Assembly (NCBI GenBank): GCA_964234715.1
Contig: OZ174276.1
Origin: Podarcis melisellensis
Taxonomy: Eukaryota
DNA: 64,000 bases
Reading direction: 5' to 3' (one strand)
Both the position numbers and the translations under genes were made by a program. Numbering within the stretch: the stretch's first letter is position 1; each line of letters begins with the position of its first letter. Positions 1-12,952 of the stretch are shown piece by piece. The notes under the pieces were generated by a model. The model made no database searches, was not told where the DNA came from, and was given only the letters and a program-made list of their open reading frames with translations.

Positions 1-1420
1 TTAGCCCTTCCTCGCCACACACGCATAAAGGTTGTAGGGCCCCAGAGCTTGTCTCCTATTTATTTTGCCATGTGGTTTCCATATACGCTCACTCTGGGGC
101 CTCCAATCGGAAGGCGCTCCTACCTCAAGACACTAGCGAGGGTAGGGAGAGGTGTGGCAAATGCTTTTGTTTGCTTTGTAATGGAGAACCAGACTAATGC
201 AAAACACTTGTCTTGGAGTGGGCATAATAGCTACCCCTACACGCAAGTATTTGAATTTCAGTCTTTGGCTAAGTACAGTCTGGCCTAAAGCAAGTGAGTA
301 TGTTGTAGCTCAACTGGTTGTCATCATCACGGTACTCTTAAATGAGGGAGGGGGAGAGATAAAGCAGTCCACAAAGGGGGGGGGGATATAATAAAGACTC
401 TGTAAGAAAACAAAAAGTAGGAGTTCATGTTCTCACTAGAATTAGCAGAGGTTCAGATATACAAAGTCAGGCAGTTCAGGGATGCTAGGCTCATTCTCAT
501 AGTATTCATGGCTTTCTGTGCCCAGAAATTGTCATCATTGTCAGTTTATGATGTTATTATTGGAGTTTTATGACTGGCACGCGCTTTTTGAAATACTGCT
601 TGATGTTTTTGGGGTGGGAGTAGCCACTTTTGCAGGGGTTTTTTGTTTTTAGAAATGAGGATAATAAGTTTTAAAAATGCAGATACATACATACAAATAT
701 AAATACATACATACTGAAACTCATCTCCAGGGGATGCTGTTGAGGACATAGGCAGGAAAAGATGAAAAGAGGGATTTTTTAGTAGTCAATGCTACTATAA
801 AAAAGGGGTTTTTTTAGAAGAAGTTATTTTTTTCTGAAGGGAGATGGAACCTCATTATTAGGATTTCCAGTACATTACTTTGAAAGACATGTGAAAACAA
901 GGTAGGCAATGTTCCAGCTTCCAGATGTCATGATAAGCCCCATTAAATAATGCAGAATTATATCTTCTAGTAGAGTTGCATTAAAGTTGTCAAGTATTTT
1001 CAGTTTTATAATACTTTCTGTTGCAATTTCAGAACATCAGAATGCACAGAACCCAAGAGGTGCCTCATATTCCATTTTCATTTCAAAATTTTAGATGCTA
1101 CTACTTACTTTGGAGCCTGCCTTCTCAGGAGTCCTCAGAGCCATTTATTTTCAACCCTTGCTTCTGTTTGCCAGCCCAGACTGAGTACTTGTATGGTGAA
1201 GTTCTCATTCATGTGCTCCCTCATACAAACACAACCAGTGCAACCTGAGCCATTGAGAAGAATCCCTAAAGAGCGTTTGCATTGGAATTTCAGCTTTGGT
1301 GTCACTGTAGATTCAGGTCCACAAAAACTAGCATACATTACCAGCAGTCACACATTAAGTGCAGCCTAGAATCCAACTCATGGGAAGGGATTTAGCCAGG
1401 CAGAGTCCCCTCCCCCCTCC

Positions 1421-1483
<63 letters not shown>
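1421..1483 (+). repeat. (GAAA)n microsatellite
   Basis: Direct tandem array of GAAA units. Confidence 0.95.
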
Positions 1484-1484
<1 letters not shown>

Positions 1485-1596
1485 CAGGCTAGAATGAGGG
1501 AGGAATAGGAAGGAAACTGGAGGGAACCAGAGAGCCATCTAAATACAGCTGCTCTGTTCAGGAGGTGGAGTTGCTGATGGTGTTTCCTGCTTGGCA

Positions 1597-1650
1597 GGGG
1601 GTTGGACTCGATGGCCCTTGTGGTCTCTTCCAACTCTATGATTCTATGAA
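1597..1650 (+). mobile_element. CR1-type LINE/SINE 3' tail fragment
   Basis: gggttggactcgatggccc...ttccaactctatgattctatga, the typical CR1 3' end with (ATTCTATG)n. Related tails occur at about 3722-3805 (-) and 9080-9153 (+). Confidence 0.75.
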
Positions 1651-1659
1651 AACCATATT

Positions 1660-1878
1660 CAGTGCTACCTCAGTTTTCGAGAGTCTTGGAAGTCAAACGT
1701 TTCGGCTTTTGAACACCAAAAACCTGGAAGTAACTGCTTCAGTTTTCGAATGCTTTTTGGAAGTCGAATGTGCCACACGGCTTCTGTTTTGAGTTTTCCA
1801 GAAGTAAACGCTTTGTTTTTTGAATGTTTAAGAATGGTCTTCCGGAATGGATTACCTTCAAAAACCAAGGTACCACTG
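1660..1878. mobile_element. Tc1/mariner (Tigger-like) MITE
   Basis: Terminal inverted repeats cagtgctacctc / aaggtaccactg, followed by TA. Confidence 0.75.
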
Positions 1879-2135
1879 TATAGATAGCAGGAGGTAACCG
1901 AGAACCAGCCATAGACCTCCTATTACATTTAACTTAAAGAATCCCCCTTTTTTCCTTATGATGTTATTGTCTTATAGATTGGTTTCTCATCCTTTCCTCC
2001 CATTTATGCATGCCTGAATCTTGTATCTCTATCTTAGTCAGGTGGTCAGGTTTGTTTGTTTTTTGTAAAAAAAAGGGCAAGACATCTGACACCTTTAATA
2101 GCTGTATAGAAGAGGTAGCTTCAGCAGGTGAATAA

Positions 2136-2265
2136 NNNNNNNNNNNNNNNNNNNNNNNNNNNNNNNNNNNNNNNNNNNNNNNNNNNNNNNNNNNNNNNNN
2201 NNNNNNNNNNNNNNNNNNNNNNNNNNNNNNNNNNNNNNNNNNNNNNNNNNNNNNNNNNNNNNNNN
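2136..2265. other. Assembly gap (130 N)
   Basis: Run of n characters. Confidence 1.
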
Positions 2266-3344
2266 TCCAAAGAACTAGTCCTTAAGTTAATCTAGCTAGA
2301 AAGCTAGAACAGTTCCTAGAGATGTATTTTCTTGGGAGAAGATGCCATCTCCATCACAATTATCAATCTTTTTTTCTTTGAAGACTCCCCGCCCCCCTTT
2401 TTTTTCCTGCAAAGGAATACACTGAGTTTTGGCTGCCGCTGCTGTACACAGAAACAGCCCCCTGTGCCTCCTGCAATGAGGCTATATTTTCCGTTGTGTT
2501 TGTACAATGATCGTGCTCATATTGCAGGAATGACTCGGCTGCTACTGTTGCACTAACAGTAAAATGGCTGGGGTGGAGCAGGGTGGGTGGGGAGTGATTC
2601 TGCAAACTCTTAAGGCAAGCTCGGGAATGCATCGAGTAAGAGAGCTGGGAAACTTTTCCTGGACCAGTTTTTTGCTTTTGTTTTAACTGGGAAGGCCTAT
2701 CCAGGTCAGTGACCCTGGCCTCAATTCCAGTGTTTTCACATATGCCTTTTCCCCCGTGCGGGTGAGAAAGCTTTGCTATATGAATGGACCCTTCTGCCTG
2801 GTGCCGACTGCACCACGCTATGGAGGAGCAAAGTTAAATATGGCCCCTTGGCAGGAAGGCACAGCTCACAGATATTTGGGGGTGGAGGAGAGAGCTTGCT
2901 AATGTGAAATGCCAAGGCAACAAATAGTTGACATTAGAATTGCATGCAGGCTGTGGGACTAGGCTATTCCTTTCAGGCACTCACACAAAGGGCCCCTTTT
3001 TTGTCTCGCTGCTAAAGACAAGCAACAGAACGAGAAATACAGAAACGATATTGATAGCTAGGGGAAAGGCCTGTGGAATTTCTGGGGAGGGTTTGCTATC
3101 CCAAAAGCACAATGGCCTGTGCTTTGAAATGCACAGACCACGTAGGACGCAAAAGGCCACTGGGGTCTCACGTGACCATGGATTTGCCTTCCCCGCCTAC
3201 CCCGGCCGATTCCCCCTCACCCAGAACTTGGTGAGAGTTCTTGCTGCTCTCCAACGTCTACGGCAACAATCCTGCCACACATTCAGGCAGCCTTACTGCA
3301 TGCCCTCCAGCATTTCTCCAGTGAAAGTAGGGATGCCCTATTCC

Positions 3345-3525
3345 ATCATCATCATCATCATCATTTTATTATTGATACCCCACCCATCTGACTGGCCCAG
3401 CCACTATGGGAGGCTTCCAACGTATATAAAAACATAATAAAACATTAAACATAAAAACTCCGCTTCCCCATACAGGGCTGTCTTCAGAGGTTTTCTAAAG
3501 GTTGTATAGTTACTTAGCTCCTTGG
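3345..3525 (-). mobile_element. L2-like LINE 3' end fragment with microsatellite tail
   Basis: Reverse complement of the family seen at 21640-21918 (cccacccatctg...cagccact...gg.ggcttccaac), with a (CAT)n tail. Confidence 0.6.
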
Positions 3526-4060
3526 CTTGGAGGTTACATAACTCCATACTTTCCATACATTTCTCTGATTAAATTGGGGTGTCTTAAGGAAGAGCGGGAC
3601 ATTTCGGGATCAAATCAGAAACCAAGATGGCTTCTGTAAATCCGGGACTGTCCTTGGAAAATAGGGACATTTGCAGGGTCTGTGACTGCACAGCATGGCG
3701 GCTCAGATTGCCTTCCACTGATTCATAGAACCAAAGAATCATAGAGTTGTAGAGTTGGAAGTGACCGCAAAGGGTCATCCAGTCCCAACCCCCTGCAATG
3801 CAGGAATTTCAGCTAAAGCATCCATAGCAGATGGCCATCCACAGGCAAATCTTTAGCATATGCGCCGCCGGGGTGCAAAGATCTGCCCAGTGTCCCGAAA
3901 TTTAGTTTAGCTCCCCCAATTAACTTTTGCATCACCGTTGTGAGCGCTGTCGTTGAGTCTGATGAGCGGCACCATTGTGAATGAAAAGCACCACCGCTGG
4001 CGCGGTGTGTCTTTGGTAAATGAGTGTGCAAACAGTAGGTATACATCTTATATACCTAGT

Positions 4061-4196
4061 TACAGGTGGGTAGATGTGTTGGTCTGCCGTAGTTGAAACA
4101 AAATAAATAAATAAAATTCAGTCCAGTAGCACCTTAGAGACCAACTAAATTTCTTATTGGCATGAGCTTTCGTGCGCATGCATCTGAAGAAGTGTG
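4061..4196. mobile_element. Penelope-like element fragment
   Basis: caggtgggtag..gtgttggtctg...ccagtagcaccttagagaccaac...gagctttcgtgcgcatgca then tctgaagaagtgtg; resembles squamate Penelope-like terminal repeats with the usual inverted junction. Confidence 0.55.
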
Positions 4197-6939
4197 GTAG
4201 ATAGTTAAGAGCTTAAGCGGCTTCAGTGGTGGGTGCCTGGTGCCCTCCAGAATCCGCGCCCAGGTGCCCTGCACCCCTTGCACCCCAGGTAAAGATGGCC
4301 CTGGCCATCCAACCTCTGCTTAAAAACCTCCAAGGAAGGAGTTGTTCAGAACTGTTGACAGGTGCCAGGCCAGAGAAGCTTAGGTCTGGAGCAACACATG
4401 GGGTGTCCAAGTCAGGTTTGCAGACTTCAGGTGTTGCTTCTTTGCTGCAAAGCAGAATCCAGTGAGGGATATTTATAAAAGGAGCAGTTGGAGGAGGTCA
4501 CATAGTTGTAGAATTGTCTGTGCCTGCCTCCTCCTTCCATTTTGCCCCAACCTACAGTTCCAGACCCATAGTTCTGTCACAGTGAAGCAGTTTGGAAATG
4601 TAACTTGGATAAATAAAGTGTGTTTCTACTCTAAGGGCCTTCTCTCGGATGATAATAGGCCCACAGTCGTTGCTCATTTTGGGGGAGGATCCAGATGGTT
4701 TCATTCGGTGGCAGGGATAGAGCATTTTCCAAGGACTTGGGAGGAAATATAGCTCAATGCTTGTGCTGGGTACAGATGAGCACGAAAGGAGCGCAAAGCA
4801 GGAAGATGACTTTTTTTCTTTTCTTTTCTTTTCAAAAAGGCAGCTAGAAAGGCCTCAGCAATTTAGCATTTTATCTATAGCTAACGGGGGAAGAGGAAGC
4901 TTTGCTGCACAGCAAATGAACCATATTAAACGTTGGCTATTTGTGGCACTGCCAGCCAAAGGAACAATCCTAACACCTAAGATTCATCAAGCTAGACCTT
5001 ACAACTTCATTGTTTCCCTAGCTACTAGGACCCTAAAATGTCCTATTCCCAGAATGTAATCTAAACTGGAATCTAGAAACATATAAAAAATGCTGTGAAA
5101 ATTGTTTTTTTTTTAAAAAAAAGCGTTTTGAATAATATATTAAATTTGCCATAAGCTCACCATAGCCATCTAGTGTCACATTTGTATAATGCACTTAAAA
5201 CATTATATTTGCAGCTGTACAGCTGAGTCCTAAGGTTAGCCAGTAACCAATTACTTGAACTGGAGTGGGGGGGGGGGGCACACTGTTCTGATTCATTAGA
5301 TGCAACTTGTGAACCCTGTACCATGTGCAACTTCAAAATCTGGAATTACACAATATGGGCAGCTGGGTTTAGACCACCAACAAGGAGTTCTGCCCCCTCC
5401 CACCTTGTGTAGGAGGAATTGAAGACATCATTTTTAAAGCCCCTTTGAACATTGCCACCATTTCCATGGCAAATACATGCATACTGGGAGATAATATCAG
5501 GGTCATTTAAGACAAGGCCGTGCATTTGAATGGGCTGCATGGCACATCACTCTGGCGCCAAGGGAGTTAGCAATGCAGCTTGAGCACGGCCCACAGTGGG
5601 ATTGTAGATAGTGCAAACAATCCTGGACATTGTGGATAGAGATGAAGGAGGCACATAATAGCATGAACGTATTCCAGGGGGTGGTCACGTAGCCAGTTGA
5701 CCACCATCAACACCCTGTGCTTTTTCACCTTTAACACCTGCATGATGCAGACATTTTAAAAGTAAATGTCATTTTCATTTGAGACCTTTGATTACTACAG
5801 CTGCTAGTCAGAGCAGACAACAAAGGCTGAGCTGCTCTGTGCTTTGATGCTGAAACCAGCCCTGCCAAAGAGCCCCGCCTTTCACAAATCCTCGCCACTT
5901 TCAGCAGTGATCTGCCCCTAAAGCATCATTCAACAGCTGTTTTGCTCGTTTCCCCCTGAAGTGGTATTCTGTTGCTGTTGCTGCACAGACACTCCTCCAT
6001 GCCCATCAGACAGTGAAACCTTGGATATAAGTGACTGCCCAATTTCCAAACAGTCAGAGAAAGAGAGGAAGTGCTGTAGCAGCCCGAACAAAGGCCGCCT
6101 TTGTGAGCTTGGAGAACAAGCCAGGAAAACACAACACGGCATTAAAAATTACATGCTAGGCTGGCAGGATCGTTCAGAAGGGGATCAACCAATACAGACG
6201 GCGTTTCCCCGGGACTCCAGTGAGAAATTCCGGTACCGCCGTTTCAGAGCAGAGCTAAGTCTGAAGACATTTGAGTTCTTCTCAAACTGTTCTAAGAAAA
6301 GCACCGCAAATTCTGGAGCGGACACACGGCTGTCATTCCCGGCTTGCGTGTCCTAATAATACATGCCAGGTTTGAAAAGTCCATGGAATCTGGTTGTCAT
6401 TAACTCTCTGCTGATGTTATTGAGGAGGAGTGAATGGTGAGCCTGCAAAGGGCACAGGATTGAAAGACCCAACGGTCTTCCTGCTACAAAAATTAGGCGG
6501 CTGCTAATTTTATTTGCCCTGAAATTACCCGTGAGCAAATGCCAATTCCATGTGGCGGCAGATATCACTAGGTGGCACTGTTGTGAAACTTGCCTTTTAA
6601 GGCTTATTTGACCCAGGAAGTTGACCATGTGCATTGATTTAGGGCACCGCTGGATGGTGAGTATTGGGATTCAAGAGCATGCCAGAAAATTGAGGTTTGC
6701 GCAATTAAAGTGGATTAAAGCGCTATGTCGCCTAGTGCAACAAATCCACTTTTACAAAAGAAACAGATTTCTTTGCAGTTCAGAAAGTGATGGGGAAATG
6801 GACAGAAAATGTGGAATAAATGAATGAATCATTCATGGGAATGCATGCCAACAACCTGCAAACAAATTAGGAGAAATGCAAAAGGAATGTTCATCATCGT
6901 ATAACCTCCTTGCAAGCAAATCACAATAAATGCTCAGTA

Positions 6940-7165
6940 CAGTGGTACCTCAGGTTACAGACGCTTCAGGTTACAAACTCCGCTAACCCATAAATAGTAC
7001 CTTGGGTTAAGAACTTTGCTTCAGGATGAGAACAGAAATTGCGCGGCAGTGGCTCAGTGGCAGTGGGAGGCCCCATTAGCCAAAGTGGTACCTCAGGTTA
7101 AGAACAGTTTCAGGTTAAGAATGGACCTCCAGAACGAATTAAGTTCTTAACCCGAGGTACCACTG
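6940..7165 (+). mobile_element. Tc1/mariner (Tigger-like) MITE, family A
   Basis: TA|cagtggtacctc ... gaggtaccactg|TA; close copies at 11304, 35979 and 42252. Confidence 0.9.
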
Positions 7166-7462
7166 TAAAGATTCTGTATAATCAAACTGTGTGATCTTTG
7201 TGCAAGAAAATCAGAATGAATGCTCACAACATAGGTTAAAGCCTTTCTTCATTATTGCAGTTTAGATTCCACCTTCATTCAAGGTAGGTAATAACCACAA
7301 ACCCCAGCAGACACCTTTTCTTTTTAAAAAACTAAATCGGGTATCCGGGCTGCAAAGCCCACTGAGAGATTGATGCATGCTGCAGGACTTGGCCCTTTCC
7401 ACACTACTGATTTTAAACCTCCAAACTGCCCCTCCCAGATGCTTACTCCCATGGGCCTTTGC

Positions 7463-7692
7463 CAGTGATACCCTGGAACCCAAATGCCTTGGCTCCCAAA
7501 CAAATCGGCTCCCAAACGATCAAAACCTAGAAGTGAGTCTTCTGGTTTTCGAGCTATTTTTGGAAGCTGAACATCCGACAGGGCTTCTGTGGCTTCCTGC
7601 AGCAAATCAGAAGACACGCTTTGGTTTCCGAAAGTTTTGGAAGTTGAACAGACTTCCGGAACGGATTCTGTTCAACTTCCAAGGTACAGCTG
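7463..7692. mobile_element. Degenerate Tigger-like MITE
   Basis: cagtgataccct ... aaggtacagctg ends; interior resembles the 1660-1878 and 39908-40137 elements. Confidence 0.55.
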
Positions 7693-7834
7693 TTGAGTAC
7701 AAGTTGAGGGGGAAAGAACAGGCACTCATTCAGGTGGATCTGCTACCCCATATCTCCAAAAAAAAAAAAGGCCTGACAGTCCTCAGGTGATTTGAGCTAA
7801 CTCATGGCTCATTTTTTCTCCCTCTCTCTTGCCT

Positions 7835-8193
7835 AAAGGTAAAGGTACCTCTAACTATTAGATCCAGTCGTGGACAACTCCGGGGTTGCATGCTCATCTC
7901 GCTCTACAGGCCAAGGAAGCCAGCGTTTGTCCACAGACAGCTTCCGGGTCATGTGGCCAGCATGACTAAGCCACTTCTAGCAAACCATAGCAGTGCACGA
8001 AAACACTGTTTACCTTCCCACTAGAGTGGTACCTATTTATCTACTTACACTTTGACATGCTTTCAAACTGCTAGGTTGGCAGGAGCAGGGATCGAGCAAC
8101 GGGAGCTCACCCCATCATGGGGATTCGAACCGCCGACCTTCTGATTGGCAAGCCCTAGGCTCTGTGGCTTAGACCACAGCGCCACCCGTGTCC
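7835..8193 (-). mobile_element. Sauria SINE
   Basis: About 360 bp; tRNA-like head (gtggcgctgtgg...ggttcgaatccc on the minus strand), (ACCTTT)n tail, flanking direct repeat ctctctcttgccta. Confidence 0.9.
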
Positions 8194-9868
8194 ATTCTCT
8201 CTCTCTCTTGCCTACCTCTGCCCATTTCTTCCAAAATGCATCACCTGATGTTTCTATGCAAACACATCTACTACACCCGCCCACAAACCTATCTGTGTGT
8301 GCATGTGTCCTTCTACAAGCTGTAATGATGGCTGAGTGCTTCTCAACGCTCAAGAGATGCCCCCACTTATCAGGAGACCATCTTCTAACCTCAGTTAGCT
8401 GATATCTTATCAACGGGAGCTCACTATTACAGCCAGCAATATTCCTAAGAAAAGCAACACTCACCCAGCGGCTAATAATAATAGGAATCAAATCCTTATG
8501 AAGCCCCCTGAGGATGTAGCAGTGCCTGAGAGTACAATTTTGCTATGTGAAGAAATACCCTTGGGCTGAAAAAAAATCCCTGAAGGTATGATCGGCACTG
8601 CAATACCATTTACTTGGGCCTAATTCTCAAGGAATGTGCTTCTGAGCAAATGTGATTAGAGGTGTGCTGCACATCACATATGAAACCATGAAATATAAGA
8701 CATGCTTGTAAAGAAGGAAGTGGGTGTTGGCTTTTCCTAAGATACTCAGCCACTTGCACAGCACTCTGTTGTTAAAATTTCACCCCTCAAGGGGACTATC
8801 CTTGGAGCTCTCTAAGCTGATCAACTCAGGACCATTGCAGACTAGGCAAAAATGCTACCAAAGGACTGAAGTTCTAAAGAAGAAGGCTTAATACATCCCA
8901 GATCCTATTTTTCCTGAAATTATTAGGAAAGGAATGGGATACCAGGTCCTGGTATCAGGAGGCCAGACTATTTGTCCTCCTAGGACGGCATTTTCTACTA
9001 TTGCCTGCTGACCGATTTCCAGCATTGGTTCTCCAGCCTCACTTGATACCTGATTAAATTTTATTATTATATGCTGAGATTCCTTCATTGCAGGGGGTTG
9101 GACTAGATGACCCATGCGGTCCCTTCAGACTCTACAATTCTATGATTCTATATGAGATCTCACAGATTGCTGCATACACAGTATTTTTTGCTGCTTCCTA
9201 GCTAGCCTATAGCCCCCCATCCCTGACAACATTACATAATGGGATAGCAGATACTAAATAACCATTGAAATCACTTTTCCTACTCTAAGGGACAACTTTA
9301 AAATCTGGCCCAAATAACGTGTTTGGTGTAAAGAGGTGTGCACACAATAAGGTATATAAGGAGTCACTGGGCTCCTTGTATTTTTTTATTTTATTTTTTG
9401 CTAAAATGGATTGATAATATGGCTGTATTTTCCAACTGCGCTCTCAATGGATCATGCATTCCTGCACCTCCCAACTCAGTATCCATGCATTAAGTCCTTG
9501 AATAAACTGAAAGCATATTTCCCTGGTCCCTAGAAAAACAAAAACAAAAGCCAGGCATCACTTCCTCTCCAAAGAAGCCTCAGGCTTATTTCATATCTGC
9601 CATCATCTTAAAATAACTGAGCTTTGCAAGCTGGACATGATGCCATCCGTGATTGGGCTCATGCTATGCATCACCAATAGGTCACTCTCTGGCTCAGTTA
9701 CAGTATAAAAGTAGGATTGTGCACCAAACCCTCAACGGCCACTCCAGGACAGGAAACGCAGGTTCATGAGAGGGCAATTTGAAGCAGAAAAGTGGTAGGG
9801 GGAGAGTGTGCTTAACCCTTCCTTCATTAGTGTTTCCACTGAAAACTCTCCCTTCAAACTACAATATG

Positions 9869-9900
9869 CACGCGCGCGCGCACACACACACACACACACA
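9869..9900. repeat. (CG)n(CA)n alternating purine-pyrimidine tract
   Basis: cacgcgcgcgcgcacacacacacacacacaca. Confidence 0.9.
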
Positions 9901-11303
9901 GCTGCTTTTCACACCAAGAAGCTCCTCCAAATGTACATTTACTCCATTCCAAACCAGAAATGTGGACCTCCCTGTCTTTTTAATAAAGACAGTTCCATTT
10001 TTAAAAGAATTAGTAAGAAGACGCCTGTGAAACCTGCAAGTTCTGATGTGAGAAAGGAGAATTTCCCAGAAAGGGAAGGAAACAAACACACAAATAAATG
10101 GCTGCACCCTGCGAAATAGTTTCACCGGGCAGCGCTGATCAGGCTGGCTCCTCTACTACGAAAGCCCACTGCTGTCTTTGGCGCTCTGCTTGTTTTCACT
10201 GTTTAATGAAACAATAATTCTGTTTTAAGCATTGGCAGCTGTCTTATGCACTGAGGTTTTGTGTAAATTTGTTATCCTTCATGGTGAAAACCATATAAAT
10301 AAACACAGCAGCTTTTCCTTCCTGCCTGGACTCCCCACAAGAACCAGGCTAGTGGCTCTGGGCTCCCCTTCTCTGTCTCTCTCGCTTGCTCGGCTTGATA
10401 GCCTCAGACGCCAGCAATCACAACCCTGCCTCCCACTGAGCGAGCAGCCAGCTTTGGTTTAAATCAGCTTCTCCCTGGAACTCGTAATAAACACAGCGCA
10501 AAGTTTTGGAGCCATCAATGAATGGGATTGGCCAGGCTGGTCCAGCGTTCCCAGTGTTAATACTGCGGTGGCTTCAGCCCAAAGTCCAGCTTGGCTTGAT
10601 AAGGTTGTCAAAGCTTCCTGTTCTGGCTGACTACATTCAAATAGAACCTGCTTACATGAGCTCAAATCCCAACATGTGCTGAATGCTTCAGTGCCCCCTG
10701 AAAAACTGTCCCAGCAAAGCTCAACTTGTTTCTTTCAGGTCTGCAAATTGGGAGAGACCGATTGGAACAAGTGGGTCTTTCAGAGGCCCAGATTCAAGAA
10801 CAGAATAGCCCTTTCAATTCCTTTGACTTTTCCAATTTAAAACCGCCCTCTTCAAATCCTGCCCCAGTGAACCTTGACTAGCTTTAATGGGGGAAATTGC
10901 TTAGTTTGAAATGTCTCAAAATTCTAAGTGCCTGGCTCTTGGATTTTGGAATAATTTAGAAAATATATATATATACTGTTTGTTGTTTGTCGGCTAATTC
11001 AATTCAAAATTGCCAACAATTTACTAAGCTAGTTGTAAATGATGAATAACAACAACAATAATAAAATTGACTATCAACGTAGCATCAAAGTTCCTGCTTT
11101 GATGAGAATTCAAATTTTGCCAAGTGTGAGGAATCTATTGCATTGACTGCTATTCCAATTCATTTTGCTCTTACTGTTGAAGGCCACCCCACTCAACCAT
11201 GGCAATGTTAGAGAGGGTTGAGGGTTGCCCACCATGACATACAGGATGAAAGTGTGTGTGTGTGTGTGAACACACACAAAAGAATTTGGGGCTGACTACA
11301 TTA

Positions 11304-11545
11304 CAGTGGTACCTCGGGTTACATATGCTTCAGGTTACATACACTTCAGGTTACAGACTCCGCTAACCCAGAAATAGTACCTCGGGTTAAGAACTTTACT
11401 TCAGGATGAGAACAGAAATCGTGCTCCGGCAGCACAGCAGCAGCAGGAGGCCCCATTAGCTAAAGTGGTGCTTCAGGTTAAGAACAGTTTCAGGTTAACA
11501 ACGGACCTCCGGAACAAATTAAGTACTTAACCCAAGGTACCACTG
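11304..11545 (+). mobile_element. Tc1/mariner (Tigger-like) MITE, family A
   Basis: TA|cagtggtacctc ... aaggtaccactg|TA. Confidence 0.9.
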
Positions 11546-12090
11546 TAATGTGAGTGATTAAGTGTGCCTATTTCAAATTGCTGCACACTGAGGGCAGGTT
11601 CATTTATTTAGAAGATAAACCAACCTTTTAACATTATTTTTAATAGGGAGGTTTTGCACAAGTTGGCTCTTGCACAAAACTGCTCTATTAAAAAAAATAT
11701 AGAAACAGGTATCGACAGATAAACAGGAACTGGGAGTGAAGGGTTCTTATGCCCCTCCCTCCCTGCTTCCTCCATTGCACCTAGGCCCCATAAAACTCAT
11801 ATTTTGGAGTATCATCCTTCACTCACTGTCTGAAGGATGTAATGTATGTGGTTCATCTTAGGGCTGCATGTTGCTTTTTAGCCTTCATGTGGCAAGTCAG
11901 CATGAGAAGAAACATGAGCCATTTTTGAAATTGTCACCATGTGACTACTTACTCTATTGCTTCCTTAAATACAGAGGCAAAGCAGATGCCCGAAAAATGT
12001 GATTTAGCATGTCTGAACCGTTCCCTAGATGATAAAGTTCAAGTAAACATAGCTGCAAATATTGAAGTGCTCTTCTTCTGCACATGTAAT

Positions 12091-12240
12091 GGGATAGAGC
12101 TCAGTCCAAAGAGCATGAGACTCTCTATCTCAAGGTCATGCGTTCGAGCCCCACGTTGGGCAGAAGATTCTTGCATGGCAGGGGGTTGGACTAGGTGACC
12201 CTCAGGGTCTCTTCCAACTCTGCAATTCTATGTTTCTATG
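12091..12240 (+). mobile_element. tRNA-headed SINE with CR1-type 3' tail
   Basis: A-box-like agctcagt and B-box-like gttcgagccc, followed by gggttggactaggtgaccc...ttccaactctgcaattctatg. Confidence 0.75.
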
Positions 12241-12636
12241 TCACTTCCATTATTATGCTTATGCCAGCATCCCCATTCAAAGGCTCTTTTCTTGTGGATT
12301 CCTAAAAAAAGCTCTTAGAAACCTTGTGTTAAATTATTCTGCAGCTATCCCTCAATCCCAGTGAAGGCCTGTAGCTGGAGCAAAAAGAAAAAACTGTAAG
12401 CCTTTCCATAGAGAGAACCTTTTGTCAAGATTGCCTTCAGCTACATTTCAGGCTCACATAATATGTGGTATATTCTTGTCATCTTCGGGGTGGGGGTGGG
12501 GAGACCTCCCCCCAAAGAGACCCTTGGAATTCTGCTATGGAAGCCAGGAATGCTGAGTGTTCTGTTCCTTAATCACCAGCCTATAACTTCTCTGTTTCAT
12601 CAGCTCTGTTTTCAGTTTAAAAATTATAGCACAGAG

Positions 12637-12776
12637 CAGTGGCGTAGCGTGGGTTGTCAGCACCCGGGGCAAGGCAAGTAATCCCTAACCCGTGGATTTG
12701 CGCCCCCTAACCCTAACCCCCAGATGTTGCGCCCGGTGCGGCCGGGCCCCCCCTGCACCCCCACACTACGCCACTG
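12637..12776. mobile_element. hAT-type MITE
   Basis: TIR cagtggcgtag / ctacgccactg; perfect 8-bp TSD gcacagag (12629-12636, 12777-12784). Confidence 0.9.
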
Positions 12777-12862
12777 GCACAGAGCGATGTGATTTTTGTA
12801 AATACTGTGAACACAGGATGGAATGGCAAGCTGGTAGATTTACAAGCCCTTAATAACTTGGG

Positions 12863-12952
12863 CATAGCTGTCAACTTTTCCTTTTTCTTGTGAGGAATCC
12901 TATTCGGAATAAGGGAATTTCCCTTTAAAAAAGGGAAACGTTGACAGCTATG
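12863..12952. mobile_element. 90-bp hAT-type MITE
   Basis: 13-bp TIR catagctgtcaac / gttgacagctatg; perfect 8-bp TSD aacttggg (12855-12862, 12953-12960). Confidence 0.9.

Noticed and set aside
12091-12165. Possible tRNA genes here and at about 14575-14650 and 55741-55800
   Set aside because: The cloverleaf is degenerate and, at the first two sites, continues into SINE body or CR1 tail sequence; these are best read as SINE heads.
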